A stretch of DNA of 52,362 nt, taken from positions 1 through 52,362 of IMG/VR virus record IMGVR_UViG_3300043673_000008, one strand, 5' to 3'. Positions 39,148 to 48,595 of this stretch are shown piece by piece (the stretch's first letter is position 1; the number at the start of each line of letters is the position of its first letter). The position numbers and the translations under genes are program-made. The notes beneath the pieces were generated by a model. That model saw nothing but the letters and a program-made list of their open reading frames with translations. It was not told the DNA's origin and searched no databases. This stretch comes from a virus (taxonomy: Duplodnaviria > Caudoviricetes).

Positions 39148-39446
39148 GTACCGACATCTGCGCGGCGCGCAAAGAACTCAAAACAGCCATTTTCCTTCTC
39201 GACAATCGGGGCAATCCGAACGACGTGCGGCGGCGCGTGAAGACCGCGCTCGACCAAATGACCCGCACGGTCAACAAGAAGGCCGTTAAGCTCGGCAACA
39301 AGATGACCTCTGCCATCCGATCGCAGATCATCTTGATCCTCGAAAGCGGCGAAGAATTGGCTGACGTGGAGATCAGTGAGCGGATATTCGGCAATGCAGG
39401 GGGCTCTGGCAGGGTTTCGGAGATCAGAAGCGAGTTGGCAAAGTGA
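39144..39446 (+). CDS. Hypothetical protein, possible C-terminal HTH
   Basis: AGGGG RBS; DVEISERI...GRVSEI motif. Confidence 0.6.
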   Translation: MSTDICAARKELKTAIFLLDNRGNPNDVRRRVKTALDQMTRTVNKKAVKLGNKMTSAIRSQIILILESGEELADVEISERIFGNAGGSGRVSEIRSELAK

Positions 39447-40039
39447 TCCTCTTTCTCGACACCGAGACCACTGGCCTCGTAACTAAGTCCCAGGATTTCA
39501 TGGCCCAGCCCGGCATCTGCCAGATCGGTGCCGTGAAGCTCTTGGAGCCCGGCGATAGGGATCGCGCTGGCGACGTGGTCTCGATGCACCACGAGGTTGA
39601 TAGCTTCTACACTCTGGTCAACCCGGAGTTTGTGAAGTGGGAAGATGGCGCGATGAAGACCCACGGCATGTCGCCTGAGACCGTCAAGGACGCTCCGACT
39701 TTCTTCGAGATCGGGCCTGCCCTCGCACGCTTCGCGATGGGCTGCCGGGCCTGGGCGGGCTACAACATCAAGTTCGACAAGGACGTGCTGTGGTTTCAGC
39801 TTCTCAAGTATGGCCTTGAGCGCAGCTTCCCCTGGCCTCCCGAGGAAATTGAAGTTATGAAGCTCACCAACAAGGTGATGGAGCAGCAGGGCAAGCGCGG
39901 GACGAAGAACCCGAAGCTACAAGAGGCATACCAGCATTTTCTTGGTACGCCTCTTATAGGAGCGCATGACGCGCTGTCAGACATCAGAGCAACAGTAGCG
40001 GTGTGGGGAAAGATCAATGAGATCGCGAACAAGGTGTAG
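39443..40039 (+). CDS. DEDDh 3'-5' exonuclease (Pol III epsilon-like)
   Basis: LDTETTG, YNIKFD, AHDALSD motifs. Confidence 0.92.
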   Translation: MILFLDTETTGLVTKSQDFMAQPGICQIGAVKLLEPGDRDRAGDVVSMHHEVDSFYTLVNPEFVKWEDGAMKTHGMSPETVKDAPTFFEIGPALARFAMGCRAWAGYNIKFDKDVLWFQLLKYGLERSFPWPPEEIEVMKLTNKVMEQQGKRGTKNPKLQEAYQHFLGTPLIGAHDALSDIRATVAVWGKINEIANKV

Positions 40040-40232
40040 TAGCGCAAGCGCCTATCAAGGGTGGGTCGTGCCATACTGCAACGGAGGAAAGCCCTGTGAC
40101 GCCTGCATCGACAAATACCTCACGAAGCAGGCCGAGAACATCATGCACAATCAGTTCGAGAGTGATCCGATGATCGTTAGGGAGATTGGCTCGAAGATGG
40201 TTGAGGCTTTGGGGAAGCGACAGGTGGGGTAA
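40017..40232 (+). CDS. Small Cys-containing protein
   Basis: 71 aa with CxxC motif. Confidence 0.45.
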   Translation: MRSRTRCSSASAYQGWVVPYCNGGKPCDACIDKYLTKQAENIMHNQFESDPMIVREIGSKMVEALGKRQVG

Positions 40233-40331
40233 CTACCGATTTAGAGTGGGGCTCTAGTAGTCCTCCGTGGAGGGGATCGCACGTCCCCACCTGTGCTGTA
40301 CTATTTATCTACTATCTTCTGTGGAATTGCA

Positions 40332-43157
40332 ATGATTATTTTGGACGCCCACACCGACTACAGCTTCATGCGGGGTTTCGGCACGCCGGAACAATGGCTT
40401 AACCGTGCCAAAGCTGTCGGCGTTAAGACTTTGGGCATCGCCGATTATTGTTCCACATGGGGTCACGCCCCATTTCAGAAGGCGTTCAAGGGCAGTGGGA
40501 TCAAATTGCTGTATGGGGTTCAAATTCCTGTGGTCAGCCTGCTGGACAAGGACCCACGACATTCTCTCGTGACGCTTATCGCCAAGGCAAGCACCGATGA
40601 GCTTTATGCCGCGATGACGCAGGCTCAGAGCCAAACGTACTATCGCCCCCGCCTCACTTGGCGTCAGGTCGGCGAACTCAAGGATTGTGTGGTTATTATA
40701 AATGAATTGCTCCGGTCTCAGGTGAGAAGTGTCCCTTCGACTGCTTTCGCCGCCCATTCTCTCGAACATGATTTGAAACTCCCCAGGGTACTGGCCTATG
40801 GGCCATGCTATCCAACGCCAGAAGACCATGTTGGCTTCGAGATTTTTCAAGCGGCGTCAGAAAATCACCGTATCGGCGAGATTTCAAGTGAAAAATTCCA
40901 TCTTCTGACCCAAGGCGAGCAGAATTCCCGCTTCGATGGGTACTGGCCCTCGACCATGGCCGAGATCGACGCGGTCTGCATCGCGGAACCGCCCCACGGC
41001 AAGCTGCTGGACATGGGTGTTCAGGGCAACAAGGCCGCGAAGCTTGGTCGCATGGCGATTGGCGGCGCGCTCAAGCTGGGTCTCGCTGGGATGGACCAAG
41101 GCGATACCTACCCGAGGTTCTTCGATGATAGTTATTATCTGCGCCTCGAAGAAGAACTCGCGATCATCGCGGACAAAAAGTTCGAGGACTACTTCTTCTT
41201 CGTCGCGGAGATCATCGGTTGGGCCAAGGAACGCATGTTCGTTGGACCGGGGCGCGGATCGGCGGGGGGCTCATTGTTGTGCTACCTTTTAGGTATTACG
41301 ATGGTGGACCCCCTGCAGTTCGGAACCCTGTTCGAGCGGTTCATCGACGTGACGCGCTCCGACCTTCCCGACATCGACATCGACTTTCCCGACACCCGCC
41401 GCGAGGAAGTGTTCGACTATATGAAGCAGCGGTGGGGCGCGGCCCACGTCGCCCGCCTGGGTACGCTCTCCCTGCTCGGTGGCAAGTCCGCCATCAACAT
41501 GGTCGCACGGGCGACCGAAGTTCCGTTCGAGGCTTCGCGCGAGATCGGCAAGTTCACCGAAGGCGCTGGTCAGGGCATCACAATCTCACCGCAATGGATA
41601 TTCGATCATGTTCAAGAGGTTCAGCCTATACTTGCTCGCTATCCTTCTCTCCGCCTTGCAAGCGTTGTTGACGGCCATGTCAGTCATCACGGCGTTCATG
41701 CTTCTGGTGTGGTTGTTACTGACGATCCTGTTCGGCGCTATGGGACTGTTGACAAGCTTGGCATCTTATCTATGGACATGCGCACAGCGGAAGATATTGG
41801 TCTGGTCAAGCTGGACGCGCTTGGCCTTAGAACGCTCTCTGTAATCCAAGAGACTTGCGACCTTATCGGGATCGACCCGAAGACACTTTACAATCTCGAT
41901 TGGAATGATAAGACGATCCTCGACGGCGTATTCAATGCAGATCATGTCACGGGTATCTTTCAGTTCGAGGGACACGCGACGCGAAACCTGATGAAACAAG
42001 TTCGCGTCGATCGGTTCGACGACCTGTGTGCGCTCACCAGTTTGAGCCGCCCAGGTCCGCTCGTGGGGGGCGCGGCAGGGGGCTGGGTGAAAGCGCGGAA
42101 CGGCGAGGCCGTGGGGGCCATGCTTCACCCAGCCCTGGAAGAAACCTACGGCGTCATCTGCTATCAAGAACAGTTCATGTGGATCGCGCGGGACGTTGCC
42201 GGGTTCGACATTCCTCAGGTCAACGGGATGCGGCGCGCAGTCTCCAAGAAGGACCCGGAGAAACTTAGGGGTTACCGTGACGCCTTCATCACGGGAAGTA
42301 CCGCCAAGCTCGGCGCTGATCGAGCCGCCGAACTATGGGAAGAAATCTGCGAGTTCGGGTCATACGCCTTCAACAAGGCACACGCCGTCGCCTACTCGAT
42401 GATCAGTTTTATGACCGCGCACCTCAAGCATACTTATCCATTGCAGTTCGCCGTCGCCCAGCTTCGCAACGCGGCAGACGACGATCAAATCAAGAACCTG
42501 TTGCGCGAACTCACCGAGGAAGGATACAAATATGTCCCATTTGACGCAGAACGGTCTGCCGCTTCTTGGAGCATTCGCGACGGGGTACTTTTTGGCGGCT
42601 TTGATAGCATACGCGGCATCGGTACAAAGACCGCTGATCGTCTTATCGTCGCTCGTGATAGTGGCCGTGGTGGTTGGCTTGATAAGCTGACCGACGCGCA
42701 GCGCATCAAGATCGAGAAGGCCGAATTGCGCTGGACTAGCATCAGCTACTTCTCGGAGAAGTACGTCGAGCTTTACAAGAACCCTGATACGTTCCGATCG
42801 GAGAACACCCCGAAGGGGATCAAGCCTCCCGTGTTTCGGATCAAGGATATCCCCGATGCCAAGGGTAACTATGCCTTCATCGGCAGGATCACGAAGCTCA
42901 ATGTCGTTGACGACGACGCCCCTGATCGCGTGGCGAAGCGCGACGGCAAGAAGCGGGGCAAGGATCACACCTTCATCAACGTGAGTGTAGAGGATGACAC
43001 TGGCGAGATCAGCGGCACGATCAACCGCTTCAAATATGATCAGTTCCAGTGGCTGGTCGATCTGGACCGCAATGGCAAAGATTTTTTATTCCGTGGAAAC
43101 ATCATAGAAAGTGGACGACGTTGGTTGTTCTATGATAACGTGATCGAGTTGAAGTAG
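40332..43157 (+). CDS. dnaE: DNA polymerase III alpha subunit (family C)
   Basis: PHP HTDYS; GPGRGSAGGS; FERF; PDIDIDF; KLDALGL; YAFNKAH; HhH and OB-fold EDDTG. Confidence 0.95.
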   Translation: MIILDAHTDYSFMRGFGTPEQWLNRAKAVGVKTLGIADYCSTWGHAPFQKAFKGSGIKLLYGVQIPVVSLLDKDPRHSLVTLIAKASTDELYAAMTQAQSQTYYRPRLTWRQVGELKDCVVIINELLRSQVRSVPSTAFAAHSLEHDLKLPRVLAYGPCYPTPEDHVGFEIFQAASENHRIGEISSEKFHLLTQGEQNSRFDGYWPSTMAEIDAVCIAEPPHGKLLDMGVQGNKAAKLGRMAIGGALKLGLAGMDQGDTYPRFFDDSYYLRLEEELAIIADKKFEDYFFFVAEIIGWAKERMFVGPGRGSAGGSLLCYLLGITMVDPLQFGTLFERFIDVTRSDLPDIDIDFPDTRREEVFDYMKQRWGAAHVARLGTLSLLGGKSAINMVARATEVPFEASREIGKFTEGAGQGITISPQWIFDHVQEVQPILARYPSLRLASVVDGHVSHHGVHASGVVVTDDPVRRYGTVDKLGILSMDMRTAEDIGLVKLDALGLRTLSVIQETCDLIGIDPKTLYNLDWNDKTILDGVFNADHVTGIFQFEGHATRNLMKQVRVDRFDDLCALTSLSRPGPLVGGAAGGWVKARNGEAVGAMLHPALEETYGVICYQEQFMWIARDVAGFDIPQVNGMRRAVSKKDPEKLRGYRDAFITGSTAKLGADRAAELWEEICEFGSYAFNKAHAVAYSMISFMTAHLKHTYPLQFAVAQLRNAADDDQIKNLLRELTEEGYKYVPFDAERSAASWSIRDGVLFGGFDSIRGIGTKTADRLIVARDSGRGGWLDKLTDAQRIKIEKAELRWTSISYFSEKYVELYKNPDTFRSENTPKGIKPPVFRIKDIPDAKGNYAFIGRITKLNVVDDDAPDRVAKRDGKKRGKDHTFINVSVEDDTGEISGTINRFKYDQFQWLVDLDRNGKDFLFRGNIIESGRRWLFYDNVIELK

Positions 43158-43184
43158 CCGCGTGGGGCGGTAGGGGAGGGCTCA

Positions 43185-43394
43185 ATGATCTATCTTTTGG
43201 TAGTGCTGGTGTCGATCATGTCGGTCGATCAGAATATACAAAACGAAGTCCACTCTGAGGTCTTCGTTGATAAAACGGATTGTCAGATCACCGAGGGTCG
43301 TATTCTGACCCAGGCGATGCACGATCCTAAGATTGTAGGCTGGCTGATGCCAGATGCATGTCGTGAAGTGGGGACGATCGCCAAGAAGGCGTAA
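43185..43394 (+). CDS. Small exported or membrane protein
   Basis: Hydrophobic N-terminus, GGAGG RBS. Confidence 0.55.
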   Translation: MIYLLVVLVSIMSVDQNIQNEVHSEVFVDKTDCQITEGRILTQAMHDPKIVGWLMPDACREVGTIAKKA

Positions 43395-43408
43395 CAAAGG
43401 GGACTACA

Positions 43409-43693
43409 ATGTTCAATCTGAAAGACGTACCGCTCGAAGCGGCGGATCAAGCTCGCGTGCGTGATCTGAACGACAAGACTGCTGGCATCCAACGCATGAT
43501 GCAGATGTTCGTCGAGACCGGCGAGCGCCGGATCGCAGAGTTGCAGGGTCAAGGCCGCAAGTTGTTCGAGGAACTGTCCGAGAAATACGGCCTCGACCTC
43601 AATCATGTGGTCTATCAGCCTAGCCTCGATGGCACCAAGCTTATCCCGACCCATGTGAACCTAGGGGGCAATAATGCTGGCAACGCCCGATAA
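43409..43693 (+). CDS. Hypothetical coiled-coil protein
   Basis: 94 aa, GGGG RBS. Confidence 0.65.
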   Translation: MFNLKDVPLEAADQARVRDLNDKTAGIQRMMQMFVETGERRIAELQGQGRKLFEELSEKYGLDLNHVVYQPSLDGTKLIPTHVNLGGNNAGNAR

Positions 43694-44192
43694 CGCTGCC
43701 TGCAACCTCTGCCTATTCATCATCCCATGTGAGGACAGTACAGACGGTAACGGCAAGTTCGGCTGCGCAACCTGTGAGACCGACGCTTTCGTTGGTGACG
43801 TTGGCGACATCAAGACGATGCTGCCGAGGGACTGGCAAGACGTTAAGGTCTATTATTATGATATCGGGACATTCGTTGACGACATCGACCGGATGCCTGG
43901 GTTCGTGGTCAGCGCCAATGCCAAGCTGGAATACTCCGACGAAGGCGTGACGCATATTGCGTTGGTCGAAGGCAATGTCGTGCCGGAGCCCAGCGATCCG
44001 TTCTATTTCACCGCCCACCAAATCCAGGGTAACTCCATGATGCTCATGTGGAGTGGGACACGCGGCGTCTATCGGCTGATGCACTGTAAGACGTGCGCGC
44101 ACACTTTTATGAAATGGCTGGAAGCTATGCAGGGGGAATGGTACGATGCTGAAAGTCGCGGACTTCAAAGCAAAACCAACACGCTCAACTGA
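43674..44192 (+). CDS. Hypothetical Zn-finger protein
   Basis: Three CxxC motifs. Confidence 0.55.
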   Translation: MLATPDNAACNLCLFIIPCEDSTDGNGKFGCATCETDAFVGDVGDIKTMLPRDWQDVKVYYYDIGTFVDDIDRMPGFVVSANAKLEYSDEGVTHIALVEGNVVPEPSDPFYFTAHQIQGNSMMLMWSGTRGVYRLMHCKTCAHTFMKWLEAMQGEWYDAESRGLQSKTNTLN

Positions 44193-44613
44193 GAGCGCCG
44201 TCGAGAAGGCGTGGGCGGCGACGTGGAAGAAGCTGGGCGTCTATTCGCGCCACATGAGCGACCACGTCCCCGGCCTGCCAGATCGCTACATCGCGGGCGG
44301 CAATTGGGTGGAGTTCAAGTCACTATTCCGCGTGCGCGGTGGCTTCACTTATGGCGAGGGCTTATCCCCCGAGCAAATCCGCTGCTGTCACGCCCTGCAT
44401 CAGGCGGGAGACAATGTCTTCTATTGTGCCCAGCTTGACGGCTGGCAGTGCGGAAAGAAGTACGTCTTCCTGCCATGGTCGAAGTTCTGGCTTAAGCTTG
44501 GCGAACCACTCCAAATGAACCTGTTTGAGGAAGACATCTTCGACGCGACAATTGAGAGCCGCGAGAAGCTGACCAGATTGTACATCAGTAAAACTACGCC
44601 GGTGACGTTTTGA
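44146..44613 (+). CDS. VRR-NUC/PD-(D/E)xK nuclease
   Basis: GLPDRY...WVEFK...LSPEQ motif. Confidence 0.82.
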   Translation: MLKVADFKAKPTRSTESAVEKAWAATWKKLGVYSRHMSDHVPGLPDRYIAGGNWVEFKSLFRVRGGFTYGEGLSPEQIRCCHALHQAGDNVFYCAQLDGWQCGKKYVFLPWSKFWLKLGEPLQMNLFEEDIFDATIESREKLTRLYISKTTPVTF

Positions 44614-44867
44614 AAGAGTTGTGCGACGACTGGAATGCGACGCCGACGAAGCATTCCGGCTTCCTCGATGGGTATCCGGGCGACAAGAAACGCCGGATGA
44701 TTTGGCAGTTCTGGTTCGCTGACGGTTCGTACTTGGTGATCCGCAATGCGAAGCAAGGGCTTCGGCTGACGGAACGAATGATGAAGGCTGGACTGATCAA
44801 GCCCAGGTTTGGCGACGGCATCCGGGCCGCAATTGTAAGGAACAACGTCAATGCACAAAGTCATTAA
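44610..44867 (+). CDS. Hypothetical protein
   Basis: Coupled TTG start overlapping the upstream stop. Confidence 0.45.
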   Translation: MKELCDDWNATPTKHSGFLDGYPGDKKRRMIWQFWFADGSYLVIRNAKQGLRLTERMMKAGLIKPRFGDGIRAAIVRNNVNAQSH

Positions 44868-45035
44868 AATGTACCCGAACGAACTGGAAGACCAGAGCAC
44901 GTCGGCGACACGCTGGACAGCATGATGACGCGCTCACTGACCAAGCGCGGTCTCGATGTCACCAAGGGGTACAACTACCATTACGACGATAAGCTGGACT
45001 GCTGGGTCGTCAGCGGCGATGCACTCCATGAGTGA
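44851..45035 (+). pseudogene. Small gene broken by a 1-bp frameshift (or assembly error)
   Basis: MHKVIKMYPNELED continues as PEHVGDTLDSMM...LHE* if one C is added in GAAGACCAGAG near 44890. Confidence 0.4.
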
Positions 45036-45426
45036 TGATCATATTCAGAACGTGCGACCGATGCTATCGCTGCGCACGCCATACCACCTGATCCCGAAGT
45101 GGTGGCTGGATCATGTCGAGCCCAAGATCAGTAGGGTCAATGGTTCGCGCTGCTGGTACTGGAACGGGATGCTCGACGGCAACGGCGAGGCGTGCTGCAA
45201 GCTAACCAACCCGGAGACAGGGCGTCGTCAGGTCCATCAGTTAAAGCGCATCATCGCGGGCTGGTGGTGGGACCTCAAGAAGCATTATGAAATCCTGCAC
45301 GCCTGCGGCAACCAGAACTGCCTGAACCCGCACCACTGGTATGTGACGGCAACGAACTGGCAGCAGCACGATCGCGCCGCGATCCTCAAGAAACGCAAGA
45401 CCGCAATAGATAGGCACGCCCAATGA
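45028..45426 (+). CDS. HNH/His-Cys box endonuclease-like protein
   Basis: CWYWNG and ILHACGNQNCLNPHH motifs. Confidence 0.75.
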   Translation: MSDDHIQNVRPMLSLRTPYHLIPKWWLDHVEPKISRVNGSRCWYWNGMLDGNGEACCKLTNPETGRRQVHQLKRIIAGWWWDLKKHYEILHACGNQNCLNPHHWYVTATNWQQHDRAAILKKRKTAIDRHAQ

Positions 45427-46145
45427 GCGTTTCTATTCGCAAGAGACTGATGGGCGATTACGCGCTAGATAATTGGCACGAGCATCGCGTCGATCGTGAG
45501 AACTTCATCATCTACGTGGGGAGCGATCCGCGCCAGGAGCAACAGCACGCCGGCGAAGCGGGCGTCGAGCATCATATGGCCGACCGGCTCGAATTGAACC
45601 TCAATATCCTGCACCACCTCGACGACAAGCGCCCAGTCTTGATCAAGATGGGAACGTGTGGCGGGTGTTGGGAGCCCGGTATGCAGATGTTCGGTGCGAT
45701 CCTGACCGCCAGCAACCCGATAACCGTGGTTGGAGTTCGCCACAGCCGCTCTATGAGTTCGATCATCCCGCTCGCAGCCGACCGCTTCCTTATGCGCCCG
45801 CCCACAGAGTTCATGTATCACTATGGAACTTGGGGCTTCGACGGGCTGGCGGGGGAAGAAGCCTGGACTGCGTTCGAGCAGTTGAAAAAATCCAACGACA
45901 TGATGCTGCGTCTCTACGTGGCCCGTCTCAAGGAACAAGGCAAGATGCGGTTCAAGCACCCTGCCTTCATCCGCCACGCGATTGAAGACAACATGCGGCG
46001 CAAAGTCGATTGCTTCCTGTCCACGGATCAAGCGGTGGAGTGGGGCTTCGCCGATGGCGTCGCGCTAGGCGTCGTCGATCGGATTACCAAGAAAAACGTC
46101 AAACGTCGTGCTGCCATGATGGCGGTGCTTAGGAAGGGGAAGTAG
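45423..46145 (+). CDS. ClpP-like serine protease
   Basis: GTCGG, RSMSSII (Ser), FMYH (His), DCFLSTDQAVEWGFADGV (Asp) align with the ClpP pattern. Confidence 0.8.
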   Translation: MSVSIRKRLMGDYALDNWHEHRVDRENFIIYVGSDPRQEQQHAGEAGVEHHMADRLELNLNILHHLDDKRPVLIKMGTCGGCWEPGMQMFGAILTASNPITVVGVRHSRSMSSIIPLAADRFLMRPPTEFMYHYGTWGFDGLAGEEAWTAFEQLKKSNDMMLRLYVARLKEQGKMRFKHPAFIRHAIEDNMRRKVDCFLSTDQAVEWGFADGVALGVVDRITKKNVKRRAAMMAVLRKGK

Positions 46146-46340
46146 ATGTCACAGGTCAAGTGGATGATCGCGAATAAGATCACACAACAGCAATGGAATA
46201 TCGCCGTTGGACTGCTGCATAATGGCGGGACGCACCCGACCTTTCGTGCGATCCGCAAGACGCTGGCTCGGCTCAAGCGCGGCGACAAGAATTACGGCAT
46301 GTGGCACGGCTGGCGCAACTCACCACGAGTGCAGAGTTAA
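46146..46340 (+). CDS. Small basic protein
   Basis: Adjacent start, AAGGGG RBS. Confidence 0.5.
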   Translation: MSQVKWMIANKITQQQWNIAVGLLHNGGTHPTFRAIRKTLARLKRGDKNYGMWHGWRNSPRVQS

Positions 46341-46379
46341 TGGATTTTTCGGGGTTTAACTCGCCAATTCTGGCGATTA

Positions 46380-46721
46380 GTGGGGAATAAGAAAATGGAA
46401 ATGAAGGACTTCAACAAGAAGCTGCGCAACCTCGAACCGGGGCGCAAGCTCGTCTATCACACGGGCAACCTTGCGGTTGATCGCATACAGGACGATGAAC
46501 TCAACATGATCGGTGCGCTGGCGCTCGCCGTCGCCGAACTCAACGTCGGCGCAGTGTTCCAGAAGCGGATCACGGCTCGCATCTTCGATTATGAGGTACG
46601 CGTGTTCCGTCGCCTCGGGCTTCGGGTCGATGGGAACGGTGCCTATCAGGAAGTGCAGCGCCTCGCACGCCTCTATGCCAAGGACGCCCGCGAGAGCGCC
46701 TTGGAGCCGGTGGCGCTGTGA
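46380..46721 (+). CDS. Hypothetical protein (VYHTGNLAVDR motif)
   Basis: 113 aa ORF; start uncertain. Confidence 0.6.
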   Translation: MGNKKMEMKDFNKKLRNLEPGRKLVYHTGNLAVDRIQDDELNMIGALALAVAELNVGAVFQKRITARIFDYEVRVFRRLGLRVDGNGAYQEVQRLARLYAKDARESALEPVAL

Positions 46722-47101
46722 ACCACAAGCACCTCACAATCCAGCACGCCCAGGATCATCAGCCTTGGACGGTGCCATACGCCGCCGCAATTGACGTTGC
46801 CGCAGAGACCGGGACAATCCCCCATATTCTCGCCACGCATACGGCGTTACACGCCATGAAGTCAGTGGGGAAACTGGCTACTGTTTTCGAGGCGCTGGAT
46901 CATAGTCGCAACGTGGGCGCGGCGGGGCGTTCCGAATACATGACATATGAACAGCTTCTCACCATCAGGGCCATGAGCGCAGACCTTCTCACGGCTGCCC
47001 TGCGCTTCGCCAACCTCTACCACTTCGATCTAGCCGAGGTTCTATTAGCACGGATCAAAGAGAAGAACGGCATCGAGCTTGAGCCCATGTCTAATGAGTA
47101 G
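46718..47101 (+). CDS. MazG-like all-alpha NTP pyrophosphohydrolase-fold protein
   Basis: HAMKSVGKLA...ADLLTAALRFAN...DLAEVL pattern; acidic metal ligands look degenerate. Confidence 0.55.
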   Translation: MNHKHLTIQHAQDHQPWTVPYAAAIDVAAETGTIPHILATHTALHAMKSVGKLATVFEALDHSRNVGAAGRSEYMTYEQLLTIRAMSADLLTAALRFANLYHFDLAEVLLARIKEKNGIELEPMSNE

Positions 47102-47145
47102 TGAAAGGTTTTATTAACCACCGCTCAATTCGGTCTTGACACCGC

Positions 47146-47167
47146 TGTTCTGGGGGAGCAAATTAGC
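47146..47167 (+). promoter_or_regulatory. TGTTCT-N7-CAAATTAGC motif, copy 1, behind TTGACA
   Basis: Same motif at 51301 and 51344. Confidence 0.5.
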
Positions 47168-47374
47168 ATGGAAGGCACATTCACTGGATTTGTGCAGTCG
47201 CTTTGGGGATTGGGGATCACATTGTCTATCACGCCGACAGGCGATCGCATTGTAATCTCTGCCAGCAGGCAGGGAAAGACGTGCGACGTTACCCTCAATG
47301 CAGTCCAGCTTATGGAAGCGACGCTTGATGTCGCCTCCGTCGAACTCGGGGAGTTGATCAGTGCGCTGCTCTGA
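47168..47374 (+). CDS. Hypothetical protein
   Basis: 68 aa, GGAG RBS. Confidence 0.55.
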   Translation: MEGTFTGFVQSLWGLGITLSITPTGDRIVISASRQGKTCDVTLNAVQLMEATLDVASVELGELISALL

Positions 47375-47600
47375 TCTCGCGTGGACCGAACTGTGGACCG
47401 ACTTCAACCGGCTCACGACCGATACCATCCGCATCCGGCGCGAGCCTCTTGCGGAAGTGATCGCCTGCAACGGCGGGATTATGCCCGATGGCCTGATCGC
47501 GCGCCTTCCGCGCGACGATAGCAAGACCGTTGAAGTCGTTCGTCACGCACTCTTTACGTTTCTCAACCACCACGGCGCTTTGCGCTGTGATCAACTTTAG
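47361..47600 (+). CDS. Hypothetical protein
   Basis: GTG start with GGAG RBS. Confidence 0.45.
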   Translation: MRCSDLAWTELWTDFNRLTTDTIRIRREPLAEVIACNGGIMPDGLIARLPRDDSKTVEVVRHALFTFLNHHGALRCDQL

Positions 47601-47727
47601 GAGCGGATTTTCCAATGATGCCGATCATAGCCGAATGGAAAATTATCGCCTTGTGCCACCGGCATATCAGTGGCGCATCGATGCTGCAAATCCGCCGCGT
47701 CGAAATCGCCTAGGAAGGGAGCGGTCA

Positions 47728-47913
47728 ATGGACGATCTCATCAGGCGACTGAAGGAATACGCCGAACTAGCTGGCAAGGATCAGATGTGCGTCATGGACA
47801 CTGACGATCTGCGCGCAGCCGTTCGCGCTGCCGTCGAAGACCATTCATGGATGTTTCTCACGGGACCGGGTGATGCGCCGGAGAAACAGATTATTGAGCA
47901 TGAGGGGGAATAA
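47728..47913 (+). CDS. Hypothetical protein
   Basis: MDDLIRRL start with GGGAG RBS. Confidence 0.5.
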   Translation: MDDLIRRLKEYAELAGKDQMCVMDTDDLRAAVRAAVEDHSWMFLTGPGDAPEKQIIEHEGE

Positions 47914-47920
47914 CAACACC

Positions 47921-48595
47921 ATGATCCCCAAAGAACCCGCCGCCCTTAATCCGCTTGATGAAGCCATTCGCGTCGGATGCTTTGCCGCTGACGTACATCT
48001 AATATGTTCATGGCCTAAATGCCAATGCACACAGATTCCAAAAGCCATCAAAGCCGCCCTCTCGCACAATCCGGTTGGAGAGGGGGAAATGCGGGAGATT
48101 TTGGCGGATGTTTGCAAGGGATCAGAATACGAAGCTCCCTTGCGCGGTGGAGGAAAACTATTCTTTTGGCAAGAACTCGCTCTCGCCGCCATATCCGAAC
48201 TCCCCCGCCGCGTGGGTGCGACACCGGACAGGGAGAGTGTGATTGAGGAAATTGCCGCCGAGCGGAAGCGCCAGGTCGAGGTTGAGGGCTGGACGCCAGA
48301 ACACGATGCCGAGCATTGGCAGGGTGAGCTTGCGGCTGCGGCTTCTGTCTATGCTCTTGCCGGCTCTATTTCAGACGCGGACATTGAGGGCTCCATCCGT
48401 GGCTGTCACCCGCTTGGTAGGACCGACATCGAAGTTGCAGACGCCATAAAGGCGTTCTGGCCTTGGGATTGGAAATGGTGGAAGCCGAAAGATCGTCGCC
48501 GCAATCTGGTCAAGGCCGGCGCACTGATCGTGGCTGAAATCGAACGTCTCGACCGGCTCACCCCCACCCCACCCGCTGGAAAGGATAAGAGATGA
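47921..48595 (+). CDS. Phage hypothetical protein with ERxRQ...GWTPEHD...WPW domain
   Basis: Widespread phage accessory domain ending LVKAGALIVAEIERLDR. Confidence 0.75.
   Translation: MIPKEPAALNPLDEAIRVGCFAADVHLICSWPKCQCTQIPKAIKAALSHNPVGEGEMREILADVCKGSEYEAPLRGGGKLFFWQELALAAISELPRRVGATPDRESVIEEIAAERKRQVEVEGWTPEHDAEHWQGELAAAASVYALAGSISDADIEGSIRGCHPLGRTDIEVADAIKAFWPWDWKWWKPKDRRRNLVKAGALIVAEIERLDRLTPTPPAGKDKR

Noticed and set aside
40332-43157. Intein or intron in dnaE or terL
   Set aside because: Motif spacing is continuous; no intein-like splice junctions or extra length seen
31832-47101. Alternative genetic code or stop-codon reassignment
   Set aside because: Core genes are full length under the standard code and all three stop codons terminate genes
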